This document shows, piece after piece, positions 1 to 15,234 of a stretch of DNA of 64,000 nt (position 1 is the first letter of the stretch; every line of letters begins with the position of its first letter). The notes under the pieces are model-generated. The model searched no databases and was not told the origin of the DNA. It saw only the letters and a list, made by a program, of their open reading frames with translations. The DNA comes from Mytilus trossulus. Taxonomy: Eukaryota. The translations under genes and the position numbers were made by a program. The stretch lies in contig NC_086381.1 of NCBI RefSeq assembly GCF_036588685.1, positions 56,978,001 to 57,042,000 on the forward strand. Direction: 5' to 3'.

Positions 1-918
1 GAAATGACAATGCAAAACAATTCAAACAAAAAAAACTAACGGCCTTATTTATGTACAAAAATTAAATGAAAAACGAAACTGTGACACATAAACAAACGAC
101 AACCACTACAGGCTCTTGACTTCGGAAAGGCACATATATAAATAAATATGTAAGCGGGATCCGAAATTCAAGTCAATTGATATTTTAAAACAACATAAAA
201 ATAAAAAAAAAAGTAAATACAAATTAATAAATGTTGAAAATATTTTTGTGTTTGTGATTGAAGTTTTCGAAATATTCGAAAGTAGCTCTAGCGTCTTTGT
301 TCTGCAGCTACGTTAACGGAACACCAATCAAGTAATCGATCTTTATGAATATGGATTCAGTATTCCATGGTATAAAATATCATGTTCTGCTAGTCGTACA
401 CTCAATAAGACTTAAGTTGGAATAGATCTACGAAGACTTAAGAACGATAAAATTGAAAAAGTGTTGCTTGGCAATTGTGCATGCCCACGGCACAGAAGTC
501 CAGATATTGTTCGTAAGATGTTTTGAGAAGTTACGATTCTACCGGACATGAAAAATTAAACTGTTACAATATATATTACAGAACACAAAACTGGCTATCT
601 TTGCTGTAAATACAAGTTAAAAAGCTGACATGGGTTACATAAAAGGTAAAAATCTCAATCCTGCGTAATCAATTATTTTTTTTAAAACATATGGCCTTTA
701 AAATTGGAGGGCTTAACTAGCATGGAGCCGTATCAAGGTCCTAAATAGAAAACAAAGAGATGTGGAGTAAGTGTACACGGACAAAATCACACAAAATTTA
801 CAGAAAAAATACATATAAATAATGAACAGGGCTTTAATTCCTGTTCTTCATCTTGAATGTAGCTGGAGGATCTTCAACGAGGAACCGAACCATTGATATT
901 AATTATACAAATTAACAT

Positions 919-990
919 AGGTTAGTGCATCAGACTACAAAAACAAAAGTTCCTGGTTCGATCCCTGCTCCGGGGAGAACATTTCCTTTC
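919..990 (+). mobile_element. tRNA-derived SINE head fragment
   Basis: ggttagtgcatcagact...cctggttcgatccc A/B-box-like motifs; homologous copies at 44865-44960 and 49410-49510 (minus). Confidence 0.5.
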
Positions 991-1752
991 CACTATTAAT
1001 AAATATGTTTAAACTAGCAATAGCCACACACTTGACTATGTGGATTACATTTTTTTTCTTCATCCTACATATGTCTTTTGATATTGTTCCTACATGTAAA
1101 AATTCAAAGTCTCACACTGTATCTATATATTTTGCTACGACCCCAGAACATAATAAAATAAGTCAGACAAAAATAATATTGATCTGACAACCGCTGTTCA
1201 TGTCTACTTTAAGGTCGACCGGGCTAGTTTTCGTGTCAGTTTTAAAAGTAGTTAACTCCCTTGTTAGTGTGCTGGTGTCGTCAATCTATGTATTCGTACC
1301 ACTTTTATATAATATTAAATTGTACAATTTAAATTTGTGATTCGTTTAATATTTAAATATAATAATTTATTCTTTATCAAAGATATAAACAAGGTAATTT
1401 GAAAGTCTTTGATTACTTTATCACCGTAGTTCAATTCAGAAGTCATGCGGTCTATTTTGTCTACATTATGTTGAAAGAACACCGGGGTGTTTACAAATTG
1501 GCAATATTTACTATCAATGACTGTACAACAATTAAGGAAACATTTTACATTATAAACCGAGAAATAATTAAAATTATATTCAAAACTCTATGTTAACCCT
1601 TTTTGTTAAAGTATGTAACAAAATCGACAACGTTGTTAAAGTGTCATTCCCTATTCTAAAGCACCTTTAAATGAATGACAAATGACAACATTGGTATCTT
1701 TTGAATGACAAAAAAAAAACAGTGTGGGAATAATAAATTGAATACACTTTCA

Positions 1753-2716
1753 TTTTTGTCGAGCCTTCGACTTTAATCGAAAAAGCGAGACTAAGCGATC
1801 CTACATTCCGTCGGCGTCGTCGGCGGCGTCAACAAATATTCACTCTGTGGTTAAAGTTTTTGAAATTTTAATAACTTTCTTAAACCATACTGGATTTCTA
1901 CCAAACTTTGACAGAAGCTTGTTTATGATCATAAGATAGTATCCAGAAGTAAATTTTGTAAAAATAAAATTCCATTTTTTCCGTATTTTACTATAAATGG
2001 ACTTAGTTTTTTTCTGCGGGGAAACAAAACATTCACTCTGTGGTTAAAGTTTTTAGAATTTTAATAACTTTCTCCAACTATCCTGGGTTTGTACCAAACT
2101 TGGACAGAAGCTTGTTTATGATCATAAGATAATATCCAGAAGTAAATTTTGTAAAAATAAAATTTCATTTTTTCTGTATTTTACTTATAAATGGACTCAG
2201 ATTTTTCTGCAGGGAAACATTACATTCATTCTGTGGTTAAAGTTTTTAGAATTTTAATAACTTTCTTAAAATATCCTGGGTTTGTACCAAACTTGGACAG
2301 AAGCTTGTTTATGATCATAATATAGTATCCAGAAGTAAATTTTGTAAATGAATAAATTCTTTTTTTTCATATTTTACTTTTAAATGGACTTAGTTTTTCT
2401 GCGGGGAACCATTACATTCACTCTGTGGTTGAAGTTTTTAAAATTTTAATAACTTTCTTAAACTATCCTGGGTTTGTACCCAACTTGGACAGAAGTTTAT
2501 TTATGATCATAAGATTGTATCCAGAAGTAAAGTTTGTAAAAAGATTACTCCGTTTTTTCTGTAATTTACTTTTAAATGGACTTAGATTTTCTTACAATCA
2601 TAAAATAGTAACAAGAGGAATATTTTTATTGATTTTTTTCCTCATTGTTGTTGAGCCTGCGATTTACAGCAAAAATAGGCGAGACACTGGGTTCCGCGGA
2701 ACCCTTACAAATTTTT
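1753..2716 (+). mobile_element. Non-autonomous Helentron/HINE-like element with internal ~192-bp tandem array (~4 units)
   Basis: Starts in T-run tttttgtcgagcc, short (GTC/GGC) microsatellite, units at ~1838, 2031, 2224, 2416, terminal palindrome gggttccgcggaaccc (2689-2704), ends in T-run. Confidence 0.7.
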
Positions 2717-3044
2717 CGTTGTTCGTTTTTTGTTTTTGTGAAATCAAAAAGGAAAAATAAAAACACTTTCATTTTTCGATTTTAGTTTTTGAGAAATCCA
2801 AAAATGAAAAATGAAAATACTTTTGTGTTTTGTTTTTTGTTATACGAAATCAAAAACGAAAAACGAAAACAATTTGTTTTTCATTTTGGTTTTCAAGAAA
2901 CCAAAAACGAAAAATGAAGACACTTTCGTTTTTCATTTTGGTTTTTAAGAAATCAAAAACAAAAAATGAAAACACTATCGTTTTTTGTTTTTTGTTTTTG
3001 ATATTTCAAAACGAAAAACGAATGGACGCAGATATACACGGACC
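2717..3044. repeat. Array of ~50-bp self-complementary units (tttcgtttttc...gaaaaacgaaa), end of a MITE/foldback-like element
   Basis: Repeated T-rich/A-rich inverted halves ending in atggacgcagatatacacggacc. Confidence 0.55.
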
Positions 3045-6000
3045 AGGTCTACATTATACACAGCTACATGTACTATAAACAATATAATTTGATAAATTGA
3101 TAAAAATGCAAATGTACTTACATATTACATATACAATAGTTCTGTCTACTAGTCTTTAAAACTTTGTTGTTTGCAGCTTTTATTTGTGATAGTGACGCTT
3201 ATGATTTATTACTTATTGTTAAGTTAAGTAAGTTGGATTTATCCGGTTTTGCCGTTGTACAGCCAGACACTGATTATTACAATTTACGTGTCTTTTTTGA
3301 CAAATGTCTTTATTATGTACGGATTTTTTTTACTATTTATATTCTATGAAGATACAAATGGGTACATTTAAATCGTATTGTCATAATTTTAAAAGACAAA
3401 TTACTCAAACCATATTGAACGTTTGTTTTCAAATGGAATGCATTTTTTCGAGAAAGAAAACCCCATACATTTCAGCATACATGCATTTTAGGGTTTCTGT
3501 GTCAAAGAACAATATTGACAGGGAAAATCATGACCTTCAATAAGAAAAGTTCGTGTTGAATATAACGTGTGATGTTTAGCGTTAAAAGGATCGAAAAACG
3601 ACATGTATTTGTGACGCTAAGATATAGGTTTATACTTCTTAACCATTTTAAAAAACAAAAATATGTCGCAATGTTATCAATGTTGTATACGTTACTTAAA
3701 TAAAGCTCAACACAGAGTGTGTTCTGCAATCATTTAAGTCCGAATTGATGTATTGATTAGGCGATTATAACGTTATTTTGTGATTATTATTCTTCTGATA
3801 GTGTCATGTAAAGACTACGGCTCTACCAGGGCATCGAATAAATGAGATTAATTGACAATTAACATATGTGTATACAGTTCTCGTGAACAGTAATTGTATG
3901 CAAAAGTTTTGTTTTCTTCCTGACTAATAATTTCGATTTTCGTCTCTTCATCCCTTTTGCAGTTCAAATGGAACTCAAAATAGTTTTATTTTTTTTACAA
4001 TTGTGAAACAATATTTTTATACGTCTAATTGTTAACCTATAGGGGGGAAAAAACCAAAGAAACGTCGAATTTATAATTCGAAAACAAATTGACAACAACA
4101 TGACAAAAACGAAAAAAACAAAAAAAAACAGAAACAACACACAGGAGTTATACAATACAGTCGACTGAATACCAAACATAACATACAAAAAAAACACGTG
4201 TGTAAACAAACCTTATATAAATAAAAACGAACTGCTGAAAACATTGAACAATATGGAAAAAATATCTAACAAATGTACAATTAATTTGTCATATGTAACG
4301 TCGAAAATTACCTTTAAAGATATTGAACTTCAAACTGTTGTCAATACATACATAATTGGATGTTTATTTTTAATACTTTTAAGCGTATTTGACGTAAGTT
4401 ATATAATTATCTACTCTATGCAAAACATTTTTTTTAAATAATTCTACGCGTTATGAACAGTTATTTTTTTTTTATGGATATATCAGTGATGTTTTATGTC
4501 AACACAACGGTGATGACTAGTACGTGTGACAGCAGGGAAAACCCTCCAGCAGTGACATTGACCCAGTAATACTAAATTACAAATCAAGATTGATCCAGAC
4601 TTGACCGGCATAAAAAGGGAGAACACTGAGCAGTTGTTCTACTAATTGGATATTGTTTACTGTAAACATATAGAAGGTGTTTCATCTGCGATAAAAGGAA
4701 GATAACTTGTGATTCAAAGTTATATAAATACAATGCTGTCATATTCAAAAATTTGCACTTGCATTAGAGAGAAAAAACAAAAACAAAACATCCATATGTT
4801 GTCACATTTGCCAAGCCTTTTTAAAAACGTTAAAATTAAAGTTATTTTTGACGGCAAGCATATTTCTGTGAACAATACATTTTCAGTAAATATGATGCTT
4901 AGCTAAACAAAAGATGTAGAAATTTTCGCCTCCTGTGTCTTATTTAGACGGAAATATCCAAAGATTTATTACTATGAAGAAAGAAACCATAATATGGTCC
5001 ATTTAATAATGAGACAAAATAACCGCAATCATAACAGTTTATGTGTGTAAAAAACTAAATATTGAAAATTATCATATCGTGTATTAAACGTATAATAACA
5101 GCAAAATAAAAACTAAAACAATTAACATATTCAATCTTCGTTTGTTTATTGTACAGACTACAAAGAATTCGTATGACAAGGCGATTATGTGGACTACACA
5201 CCAATTAATCATTTTGTTGATTATTTATACATGTTATAAAAGAGAGATAAATCGTATATCGATTTAAATATCATGTTTTGTTACAGTTGGCTGGGAAAAA
5301 CTGTTCATAAATAATAATTCAAGATTGATATGTGATTTCACATTTATTTAAATGCATTCAAGTGATTTAAAGCTATTTGCATTTGTTCCCCGGTATACAC
5401 AATATGTCAAAAATAATAAACATTAAATATGAATATATTTATAAAAAAAGATAATAGTTAAAGACTATGATAACAAAATCTACACATTAGACATAAAATT
5501 ATCAGCAAAAAGTGGAAAAAAGAAAAGAGGTGGTAGCTATCACATGAAAAAATTCAATCGTGTAAGTCAAAGAAAAATTGGAAACCCATGGCCAAAAAAA
5601 ACAAAACGCGAAAGGTAAATGAAAAAACAGCGGTCTACAAACAAGGTGTAATGGTTACTCTAAACCGATGTGATAGTTGGGATATGAAAGAAGTGAAGGA
5701 ATGTTATAGTCAACACGTACGTTTTATTGATATAGCATGTGATTACAGGATTAAAATTTAGTAATTTGCACCAGACGCCCGTTTCGGCTATTAAAGTCTC
5801 ACCAGTGACGCTAGTATAGAAAAAAAAGTTGAAAATGCCAATTAAGCTAACGGTCGAGAATGGTTGACTAATGTCATTTGCATAACAAATATCATGTTTC
5901 TTCCATTCAACTCAGACATCACTAGGTTAATATAATTGCGAAAAAAGAAATGTCAATCTAGTCTGATCTGCGGTCAGTTTCACAAAGCTGTCTTAGGACT

Positions 6001-7888
6001 TATAATCTACATGGCTTAGGGTTGTCTTGAGACATATCTAAGTCCTAAGTAAATTTCACAAAGTGGTCCTCAATTAGGACATCTCTTACCGTTGGTCATA
6101 CAGTTAGGACTACACGAGCGGTGTCTTATGATGGTCTTAGGATAGTCATAAGTTTATTTATATAAATAACACTCATTTGATATATCAATTTTGCAAGTTA
6201 GGCTAATGTTCTACTCTCCTTTTCCCGCTCATAACTAAATCTTTACGAATAATTCTATGTATTGATATCAAGAACGTTCGATTTTATTTCTTTAACTTTA
6301 TTTTAACCGATACAGTGACAAATTAAATTCAACCCACTAGTACAAAAAGAAAATATCATCATGTATCTGGGTGCATTATTAATAGACTAAGGATTTTCGT
6401 ATCCCTGCATGCATATAACCTTAACCGTGCATCTTTTTTGGAGCTTTAGTGTCCTCAATATTCTTCAACTTTGTTCTGGCCAGACCTTGACCCGACTAAA
6501 ATTGGCAATTATACCACATCTTCTTTTTTTTATATAAAAAATCATGCAGAAAAACTATCCGGCAACGTATTGTATTGTATCTAATAATTATCTGTGTATC
6601 AATTAAATCATGCGTTTAAACTATATAGTAATGATAACCCCGTATATTGATTTCTTATAAAAAAAAAAAACCGTCTCTTCGAAAACTTTATCATGTAAAA
6701 TTTCTTTATAATTATTCCTTATGGAACAGATATTTCATAATAATTATTCAGTGAAGAATAAAAATAATATACCGCTTAAATGTTCTTCTTTGTTACATTT
6801 TGGAACACTGACATAAGGCGAAGGTTTAGCAGAAAGGATATGAAACATCGAAGGAAAGTCGTGAAAAAAAGAAGTAATGAGAGAGAAAAAAAATTCGCCA
6901 ACCCTTAGAATTTTAAATTTCAAAGTAACTTGATATTATTGTTTGTCAAACTCAAGAGTGACGGACATTTAATTAAAGGTGTGTTTATCCGTGATCCGCG
7001 ATTTTGGACGGGTTGTCCTTAATGCAGAACCGACTCTTAAACATTCCTGCAAAATTTCAAAACATTTCGCATTGTAATTTCTGAGGACTGTAATGGTCTT
7101 TCCCGTTTGATCTGCCTTTTAAACATTCCAAACAATACACGCTGTCATACACACTCTTGTGCATGTCTCACTGGCGGATCTAGAAATTTTCATAAGTGGG
7201 ACCCACTGACTGCCAAAGAGGGGGCCCTCTCCAGTCATGCTTCAGTGATTCCCTATATAAGCAACCAAATTTTTTCCCAAAAAAGGGGGGCCTAAATCAG
7301 CCTTTGTGTCTTTTCTTTGTTTACTTATTTAAGCATAACCAAATCTTTACAAAAACAAAACAAACAAAGATTGAACATTAATTGTAAATTCTCTTGCAAG
7401 GATTCTTTGTAAATGTGTACTTGATATATACCGGTTGCGCATCCTCAACAACTACGTGGATGAGTGGCATAAAATACCCGAAACGTAAGCGGTATTTGAC
7501 AGCAATGTTCGTGTCGTTTTCAGGCAAGACAAAGAGCCTCGGGCATAATTTTTCTCAAGAATTGTGGACAATGCTTACACTATAACTATAGGATGATGCT
7601 CTACATGTTAATAAACTGCCTTTAATTGACCAAGCATGACATTACAGATCCTCGCGATTTTGTCATTGTAGGTAAAATAGAAATACCGCCAGCGTTCTCC
7701 GTACGTTTGATCTATTGACGCAATAAACTGAGAGCTACGTTTAGAACAAGCTTAAGAGCAGAAAGAATATTATGTAAAAATAAACTTGCAATTACCGTTT
7801 GGGTATCAGACATACATGTAGGTGGAACATGATATAGGGTGCTTAAACACTTTCAAAGTCAGTGGGAGCCTTTGGAGACATCCAAAAA

Positions 7889-8173
7889 ACAAGAATGTGT
7901 CCATAGTAAATACCCCATGCATATTTTCATTTTCTATGTTCAGTGGACCGAGAAATGTTGATCAAAACTCTAATCAGGCATACAAATTAGAAAAATCATA
8001 TCATAGGGAACATGTGAACTTAGTTTTAAGTTGATTGGACTTCAACTTCACCATATCTACCTTGACCAAAATTTTAACCTGATTCAGGACAAACAGCCGA
8101 ACAGACACACAGAAGAACGGACGCACAGATCGATTACCACAATTACCATATCCTATCGTAGGGGGCATAAAAA
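7889..8173 (-). mobile_element. Short HINE-like repeat remnant
   Basis: aacaagaatgtgtcc ... (gacg/caga)n microsatellite ... ggggcataaaaa terminal pattern. Confidence 0.4.
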
Positions 8174-8929
8174 CAACCAGACTGCAGAGCTTTGTACGGG
8201 TTTCGCAGAGATTGGTTGAATGTTGTTTGTTTTTCGTTCAGTGAATAATAGTTCATACATTTTCAGGACGAGGTTCACAAGTGGTGTGACAGTATGATAT
8301 TGTAATTTATTTTAGTAAAAAAATCAAACTAGCTTATTATTTGATTTTGTTCAAATCTAGATGTGCATACTAGAAAAATCGTTCCTATCCCCCCGCAAAC
8401 ACGTATACCTTTCCCATCCTTTAATTTATAAACAATGATATCAGAAAATGATTATTCTAAACAAAATTGTATTTTCAATGAACCAAGAATTGTGTAGGAT
8501 ACCTGGGACGTGTTTCATTAGTTTCTTCTGCACATCTCTAGAATGTCTTCTAGTGAAGAGTTTAAAGAAGAATATTTACGTCTTCTGGGGAAATTCTACG
8601 GAAGATCAATAAAACAAACAAAAAAAATTGCCGTCGAATATAAGAAGATTTTTTTAGTTTTTTTTGTTAGTTATGCCGTTGTTTTCTCGTTTGAAGTTGG
8701 TATAGTGTGAACAAGCACGTTTTCTTGTGCTTGTTCGCACTATACGGACTTCATTTTAGTCTTAGATGCATGATTTTTTTAATAAGTTGTTATTGGCTTT
8801 GAACTAGCTGTTAGATAACTACGAGTACTCTCAGATCTCTGCCTAGTGTCTGTTTGTTGCCGGGATGAACAAGTACCCGGCCACTTCCACTTGTATTTTG
8901 TCCATCTGATGAGTTAAGCGTTTTTCAAC

Positions 8930-9050
8930 TGGGCCTTTTATAACTGACTATGCAGTACGGGCTTTGCTCATTGTTGAAGGCCGTACGGTGACCTATAGTT
9001 GTTAATGTCTGTGTCATGTTGGTCTCTTGTGGACAGTTGTCTCATTTGTG
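8930..9050 (+). repeat. High-copy interspersed repeat (gggccttttatagctgactatgcggt...gttgaaggccgtacggtgacctatagtt)
   Basis: Related copies at ~9830-9960, 10150-10330, 35935-36110, 41970-42175 (rev), 55320-55490, 1-130 (rev). Confidence 0.7.
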
Positions 9051-10509
9051 CTTTCCTGTAACTCAATTTTGCTAAACAAATCAGGGTACCCCCCCCCCCC
9101 ATCGGTTTTAAAGAATAAATTCGTCAATGTTTGTATGGAATATGATAAATAAGGACATCCACGTTTGTTTTTAAGTAACCAAACTTGATCGATTACTTTG
9201 AAATAAAGTAAAGATATCGGAAAGTTATCAGAATCATTTTCTCTTGTGGTCCTCGAAGAAAATCTTCTGGTCCTAAATATTATTGCTATTGCAAAATTGC
9301 GATGGTCAAAACCTTCAGATCAACCTCATTTCAAAAACTTTCATTGTATTTGGATCTATATGAATTTATACAACGTATACCAGACGTTTGTCAGACTATG
9401 TTATTTTGTATTTAAAAAATTCGTTGTTTGTTAACTGATTGATACTTCAGTAAATGCAAATACCATTATTTCGGTTCTTTATGTCTATTGTCTTAATGTT
9501 AGTTTTTTTGTGTGTGTCACGTACCGATCTTTTGAATTAATCTAATTGCAACTGATTTTTGCAGGTTGTTCTTGTATTGTACTGTTACACCACTGTCGTA
9601 GCTTCGGGGATGGTTGAGCGCTCAAAAATATTTTGTACTGTTACACCACTGTCCCATTTTAGGGGATGGGTTGGGATCCCGCTAACATGTTTAAACCCTC
9701 CACATTGTGTATGTATTTGCCAGTCCCAAGTCAGGATTGTCGTTGTTGTCGTTTGTTGCTTTGTACATGTACGTTTCACATTTGTTGTTCGTTATTTTTT
9801 TTGTACATTAATTAGGCCGTTAGTTTAATCATTTGAATTGTATTACAATCGCGATTTTTCGGGGCCTTTTACAGCTGACTATGCGGTTTGGGCTGTGTTA
9901 ATCGTTGAAGGCCATATAATGACTTATAGCTGTTAATTTCTGCGTAACTTGCTCTCCTGTAGAGATGCCACATTTCCGTTTTCATATTAACCCTGCCCTA
10001 TTTATTTATGTGATTGTCCCAAGCAGGGACGTATATAGATATAAGTCCTTGTCCCAAGTCAGGAGCCTTAAGTGGTTGTCGTGGGTTCATGTCTCGACTC
10101 ATATTTGATATTTTGTGAATTGTTTTGTGATGTATGATAAAGACTGTTAGTTTTTTTCGTTTGAATTGCTTCACACTTCTAATGTCGAGCTCTTTATAGA
10201 CGACTCTATAACATCTTGTTTTGTCATTTGTGTGGAAGGCCTTACGGTTGCCTAAATTGCTTAAATCTTCTTCATATCTGAATTCCGGTGGATACTGTAG
10301 TTGCCTCATTGGCAATCATATCACATCTCGTAGTTATGTACCTGACTTTAAACTCGTGTTTTATAAAAATGAATGAAATATTTGTCACCGGGCGTTATAT
10401 ATTAGCATGATCAAACAATCAATCAATTTAAATATGTGTTAAAATGAAAATTATTTGATATTTATTCATTTTTTGGGGTGGGGATAGGAGAATTTTATAT
10501 ATGAATAAG

Positions 10510-11010
10510 GTTGTAACTACACTTGGTCAAAACCTCATAAGGAACATTCATGCCATGTTTGGTTTCATTCCATTCATTGGTTTTCTAAAAGAAGACATTT
10601 TTATGTTTTTCCCGTAGGGTCCGGTGTTAAACTAAGTCCTCCGGTGGCGACCATTTCGGATGATGGATCGGCTACAAAGCAGCAACATTTAGTCAACACC
10701 TCATAAGGAGCATTCATGCTATATATGGTTTCATTCCTTTCAGTGGTTCTTTAAAAAAAGACATTTGTATGTATTATCCGTAGGGTCCTAATATGTTAAA
10801 CTACGACCCCCCCCCCCCCCCCCACCCCCGCAGGCGGCCATTTTGGAATATGGATCAGATACAAAGTAACAACATTTAGTCAGTACCTCATAAGGAACAT
10901 TCCTGCTATATTTGGTTCATTCCATCCAGTGGTTCTCTAGAAGAAAAAAACCAAACGACGACGACGGACTATGACGGACTACGACGAACGGCGGACGCCA
11001 AGTGATGAGA
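10510..11010 (-). repeat. Remnant tandem-unit element (3 units, cctcataaggaacattc...) with GAC microsatellite
   Basis: Units at ~10533, 10698, 10886, then (gac)n and gacgccaagtgatg. Confidence 0.55.
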
Positions 11011-12604
11011 AACCCTTCGGGAATAAAGTAAATCTGGATTCACTATATATTTTTTTGATCATCTGCTTGGCCTGCTGTTTCCCCCCAGCATATTGGGAAT
11101 AAGAATATTCTAGAAAAAAACATAAAGTCCCCTTCGACTTCGTCGGTAGGGGACTATAAAAAAAATATCCCCCCTTTTTTTGAAGTTCAGTGGTTGTTCC
11201 CTTATTAATTAAAATATTAATTGAAAATAAATGCTAAATCTTTGCTACAAATCAAATACTGAACTAGCATGTATATCACAAAGTCAATAGTTTCCTTACA
11301 TTCTTTTATTGTTTTAACCTACATAACTCATATCTGCTCAAATCAAAATGAAAGAACAAGTGTTTTTCAAAATGATGAAATTGGTTTTAACCTCATAAAC
11401 CTGTTAACCACTGCCTAAGTATTTATTACAAAAATGTCTTGAAAATCAAAAAAAATCATAGGTTTGTCTTAAGTTTGTTCCTCAAAAAACGTAAACATCA
11501 TATTTCATGAGATAATCATGTGAACTGGTTTATCTAACCTCATTAACATGTCACTTTGATAGCGTGTGAGAAAAGATTCGTAAATGACCTCAATTTTCTA
11601 CTCTAACATATATGTATTAGTAAACTTGCTACATGTCACTTCTTCTTATTATCTTTTTTTTCAATTTTGCCCCTTTATCAATTTTATGCTATAACTAAAG
11701 ATTACCATTATACTGACATCTGCAGAGCCTTTCATCAAGGACAATCAGTAAAGTACAAGTTTTCAGTAAACATATATAAGTTTAATAGTAAGAATGAAAT
11801 AAAAGAAAGGGAATTGTAGCAATACTACAAAGACGAAAGAAAAATAAATTGGTAAATTGTGTATTATTAAGGGAAGTTAGTTTGAAATATTATTTTCAAA
11901 GAAACTAAAACAACATAATATTATAGTATATATATAAGAACATGGACAAACACATACTCTACGGTAATTAATTATTCTAAATTGTATGATATAATCATAA
12001 TTAATATACCATGATTATTTGCATGAATTTTTTTTTTTAATCCATTAAAAATTACTTTATTGTAATATTGATATAACTCTTGAATTCTGTACAATCAACC
12101 AGTGATGGAGAAATTACAAGGTTGATGTCTCAAGAAATGTATAATTCATGAGTTCAGAACATTCTGACAACCACCTCTGATACAGAAAGAAATTCGGTTA
12201 ATACTTATTGCAGATGGATAACCTTTAAACTTCCTAATCTAAAATGTGTACTAAATAAATCACTAATAAAGGGCAAAAGCACTAAGAAATGAAGGCGCGA
12301 AGTTTCTCTCGCGTATTTCAACACAGTAATCACAAATAGAACAACACGTCACCTGGAAAATGAAAATGACTTTTTCGAGAATGTTTCTTTACTAAGGGAA
12401 CGAATGAAAAGGGGGGTAGGGGTATATTTTTTTCCATAAAATAATATTCTGATTCCTAAGCTGATGAAAAACAAGCTATCAGAGAAAAAAATATATATTT
12501 TGAATTCTGATTTCCCCCATACCTTGAAGAAAATAATTTGATTGCATGATAGCGTTGAAGAATGAATTAAATTGTTAATGGTTGTTCCCTAAAATACTTT
12601 TCAT

Positions 12605-13525
12605 GGGGCCGATGCCTTTGCTGGTGGACTGATAGTTCCTGGGGGTATCACTATCCCAGTAGCCAATACTTCGGTACTGGCATAAAATTCGGATTTTGCA
12701 TTTTTATTTAAAATTTGCTGTTATTAAATTCTTGAAATAATTTAAAATTAAGGAATGTCCGTATCTCCCTCATGCATAGCTCTGATTCCTTGCCCGACTC
12801 TGGCTTTTTTTTGTCCTTTTTGGTTGATAGCTTTTTTAATAAGCTTTGGATTTCATTTATTTTGGCCTCGAGCATCACTGAAGAGACATTGATTGTCGAA
12901 ATGTGCATCTGGTGCAGACAAATTGGTACCGTTTCTGTCGTCTAATGTTGTCATTTTAATGTTAAAATTAACACTTTCATTAAAGAGGGAGGTTTGGCAT
13001 GCACAAAACCAGGTTCAACCCACCACTTTTTCATAAAAAGCCCTGTACAAAGTGGAAAATGGCAATTGTAACATTATAGTTCGTTTCTGTACGTGTTACA
13101 TTTCGGTGTTGTGTTCCTGTTGTGTCGTAGTTCTCTTACATTTGATACGTTTCCCTCAGTTTTAGTTTGTAACCCGGATTTGTTTTTTTCTCAATCGATT
13201 TATGAATTTTGAACAGCGGTATACTACTGTTGCCTTTATTTATGTTATTACTACCACTGGTCCGATGCGTCTGTTGGTGGACTGATAGTCCCCGAGGGTA
13301 TCACTTTCCCAGCAGCCAATACTTCGGTACTGGCATGCAAATACAGATTGTGTGTTATTAAAGTTTGCTAATTCAAAATTAAGGAATCTATCTCTCTAAT
13401 GGAAAGCTTTGCCCGACTTTGGTATACTTTTTTGTCCTTTTTTGTTTATAGCTCTTCATCCTTATAAAAAGCTTCGGATTTTCAATTTCATGTTGGCCAT
13501 CTTGGAATCACTGAAGAGACATTGA
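12605..13525 (+). repeat. Two diverged direct copies (12605-12940, 13255-13525) separated by another interspersed repeat (12960-13240)
   Basis: ccgatgc..tggtggactgatagt...ccaatacttcggtactggcat occurs twice; the middle repeat recurs at 52740-52980 and in reverse at 26365-26480, 40365-40480, 43950-44100. Confidence 0.6.
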
Positions 13526-15234
13526 AATAAGTTGACCTATTGCTTATAGTTTTTTAGAAACAGACATAACCAAGAAAACTAAACATTGACCAATGAAGCA
13601 TGAAAATGAGGTCAAGGCCAAATAACCATGCCAGGCAGATATGTACAGCGTACAATCCTGCCATACAACAAAACTAGTTGACCAATTGCTTGTAGTTTAA
13701 GAAAAACAGACCAAAACACAAAACACTGAGCAATGAACTACATGCTAGAATGTACACCTGACATCATTCCATACACCAAGTATAGTAGATCTATTGCATA
13801 CAGTATAGGAAATACAGACCAAAACACAAAAACTAAACTATAACAAGCGATCAAATTCAATTTAACGGCAAATTCTGAGAAAATATCTGTTGTATTATTA
13901 ATAGGAGGACACATAAGAAAAGAAGGAAAGGTGTCTGTCAAAATGGTTTTACTTTTGGTCCTTATATAAATGTTTCCTATCATTAATCCGCAAGTCAAAT
14001 TTAAGACTTAAAACTAGTCCTTTGCAAGATCTGGTTTTGACTAGCCCAAATTTAATTAGAGATGACCGTTGTCTTCCTGCGGACAGCGTTCTAGTGTACT
14101 AGCACTATAAAGTCCTGCAACTACAAATGTACGGTAGGCTAGCACAAAGCAGTCAAAATTATACATACAACCCAGAGGTGGATCCATGCTTTTTAAAATG
14201 GGGGGATCCTAACTCAGGACAAAGGGGGTGATCCAACTACAAGTCCCCATTCAAATGCATTCATCGTTCAAAAAAGGGGGGTTTCAACCCACGGACCCCC
14301 ACTTTTCCACCCTGGATCCGCGCCTGCATCCTTTAGTTTTTTTTTTTTATTTTTTTAATTTTATTTACTTCTCTTTTTCTTAAACATACAAAATATTTTT
14401 CTAATTATTTTTGCAAAATTCACATATATATACACAAATTTAGGCATATTTCGGTTTACACAAAATATTTGACAACTAGATTCACATACACAATTTTGGC
14501 ATATCAAAATTATCCGCTCTTTACTTGACTACTGATGTACCAGTACAACGTTGCTGCCGCTCACTGCTGTTTGCTTGGTCTAGCTTTCCTCCTTATCCTA
14601 CTTTTAGTGGCTCCGTGTTTCTTAATTATATATTTTTACGTATATATTTTATGAGTATGCCATCATTAAATTGTCAACGCGGACCATCGTAAATTGCAAG
14701 GTAAGGATGCTGCAATGTCTTGAAGAAGTGTGAACTCAATGTATTTTTTTTTAGATGAGACTCTTGCGATCGCAGAAAACAAAAGTGAAAAAATCTGAAT
14801 TTCTCACCCTTTTCATACATCATGGATTATGAAATAGTGACCTATTCCAAACGTTCATCCCTGCCTCTCGTTACATAGGAAGTGCCCCCCTTCTCGAGTA
14901 TATTATAGTGTAACCCGAAGTTAACATTCGGATATAGTAATACTACGAACTGCTAGAGCACTTTTGTCAGCTCAAACCTAACAAAATTATCTCTTCATGC
15001 CTAACACAAAAAAGACAAAACCGCGTGTTAAGACATTTGAGGCATTGAAATAATACATCACAATGGGTCCTACTTAAACGCGCCCGGGTTAAAAAAAAGC
15101 GACCGGGAAAAAGAAAAAGCGTCAGGGGGGAGAAAAAACGCCCGGTAAGAGAGAAGGCACCTGGGGAATATATAAAGAAATTGTATTTGCATGAGACAAC
15201 TTTATGTCGATGAAATAAGTTATGCACATTGATT

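Noticed and set aside
300-530. Coding-looking stretch (VIDLYEYGFSIPWYKISC...GNCACPRH)
   Set aside because: In-frame stops, no recognisable motif, no partner exons found
919-990. tRNA gene
   Set aside because: No complete cloverleaf visible; multiple degenerate copies indicate a SINE
2425-3078. ORFs 2425-2760 and 2830-3078
   Set aside because: Translations of tandem-repeat units
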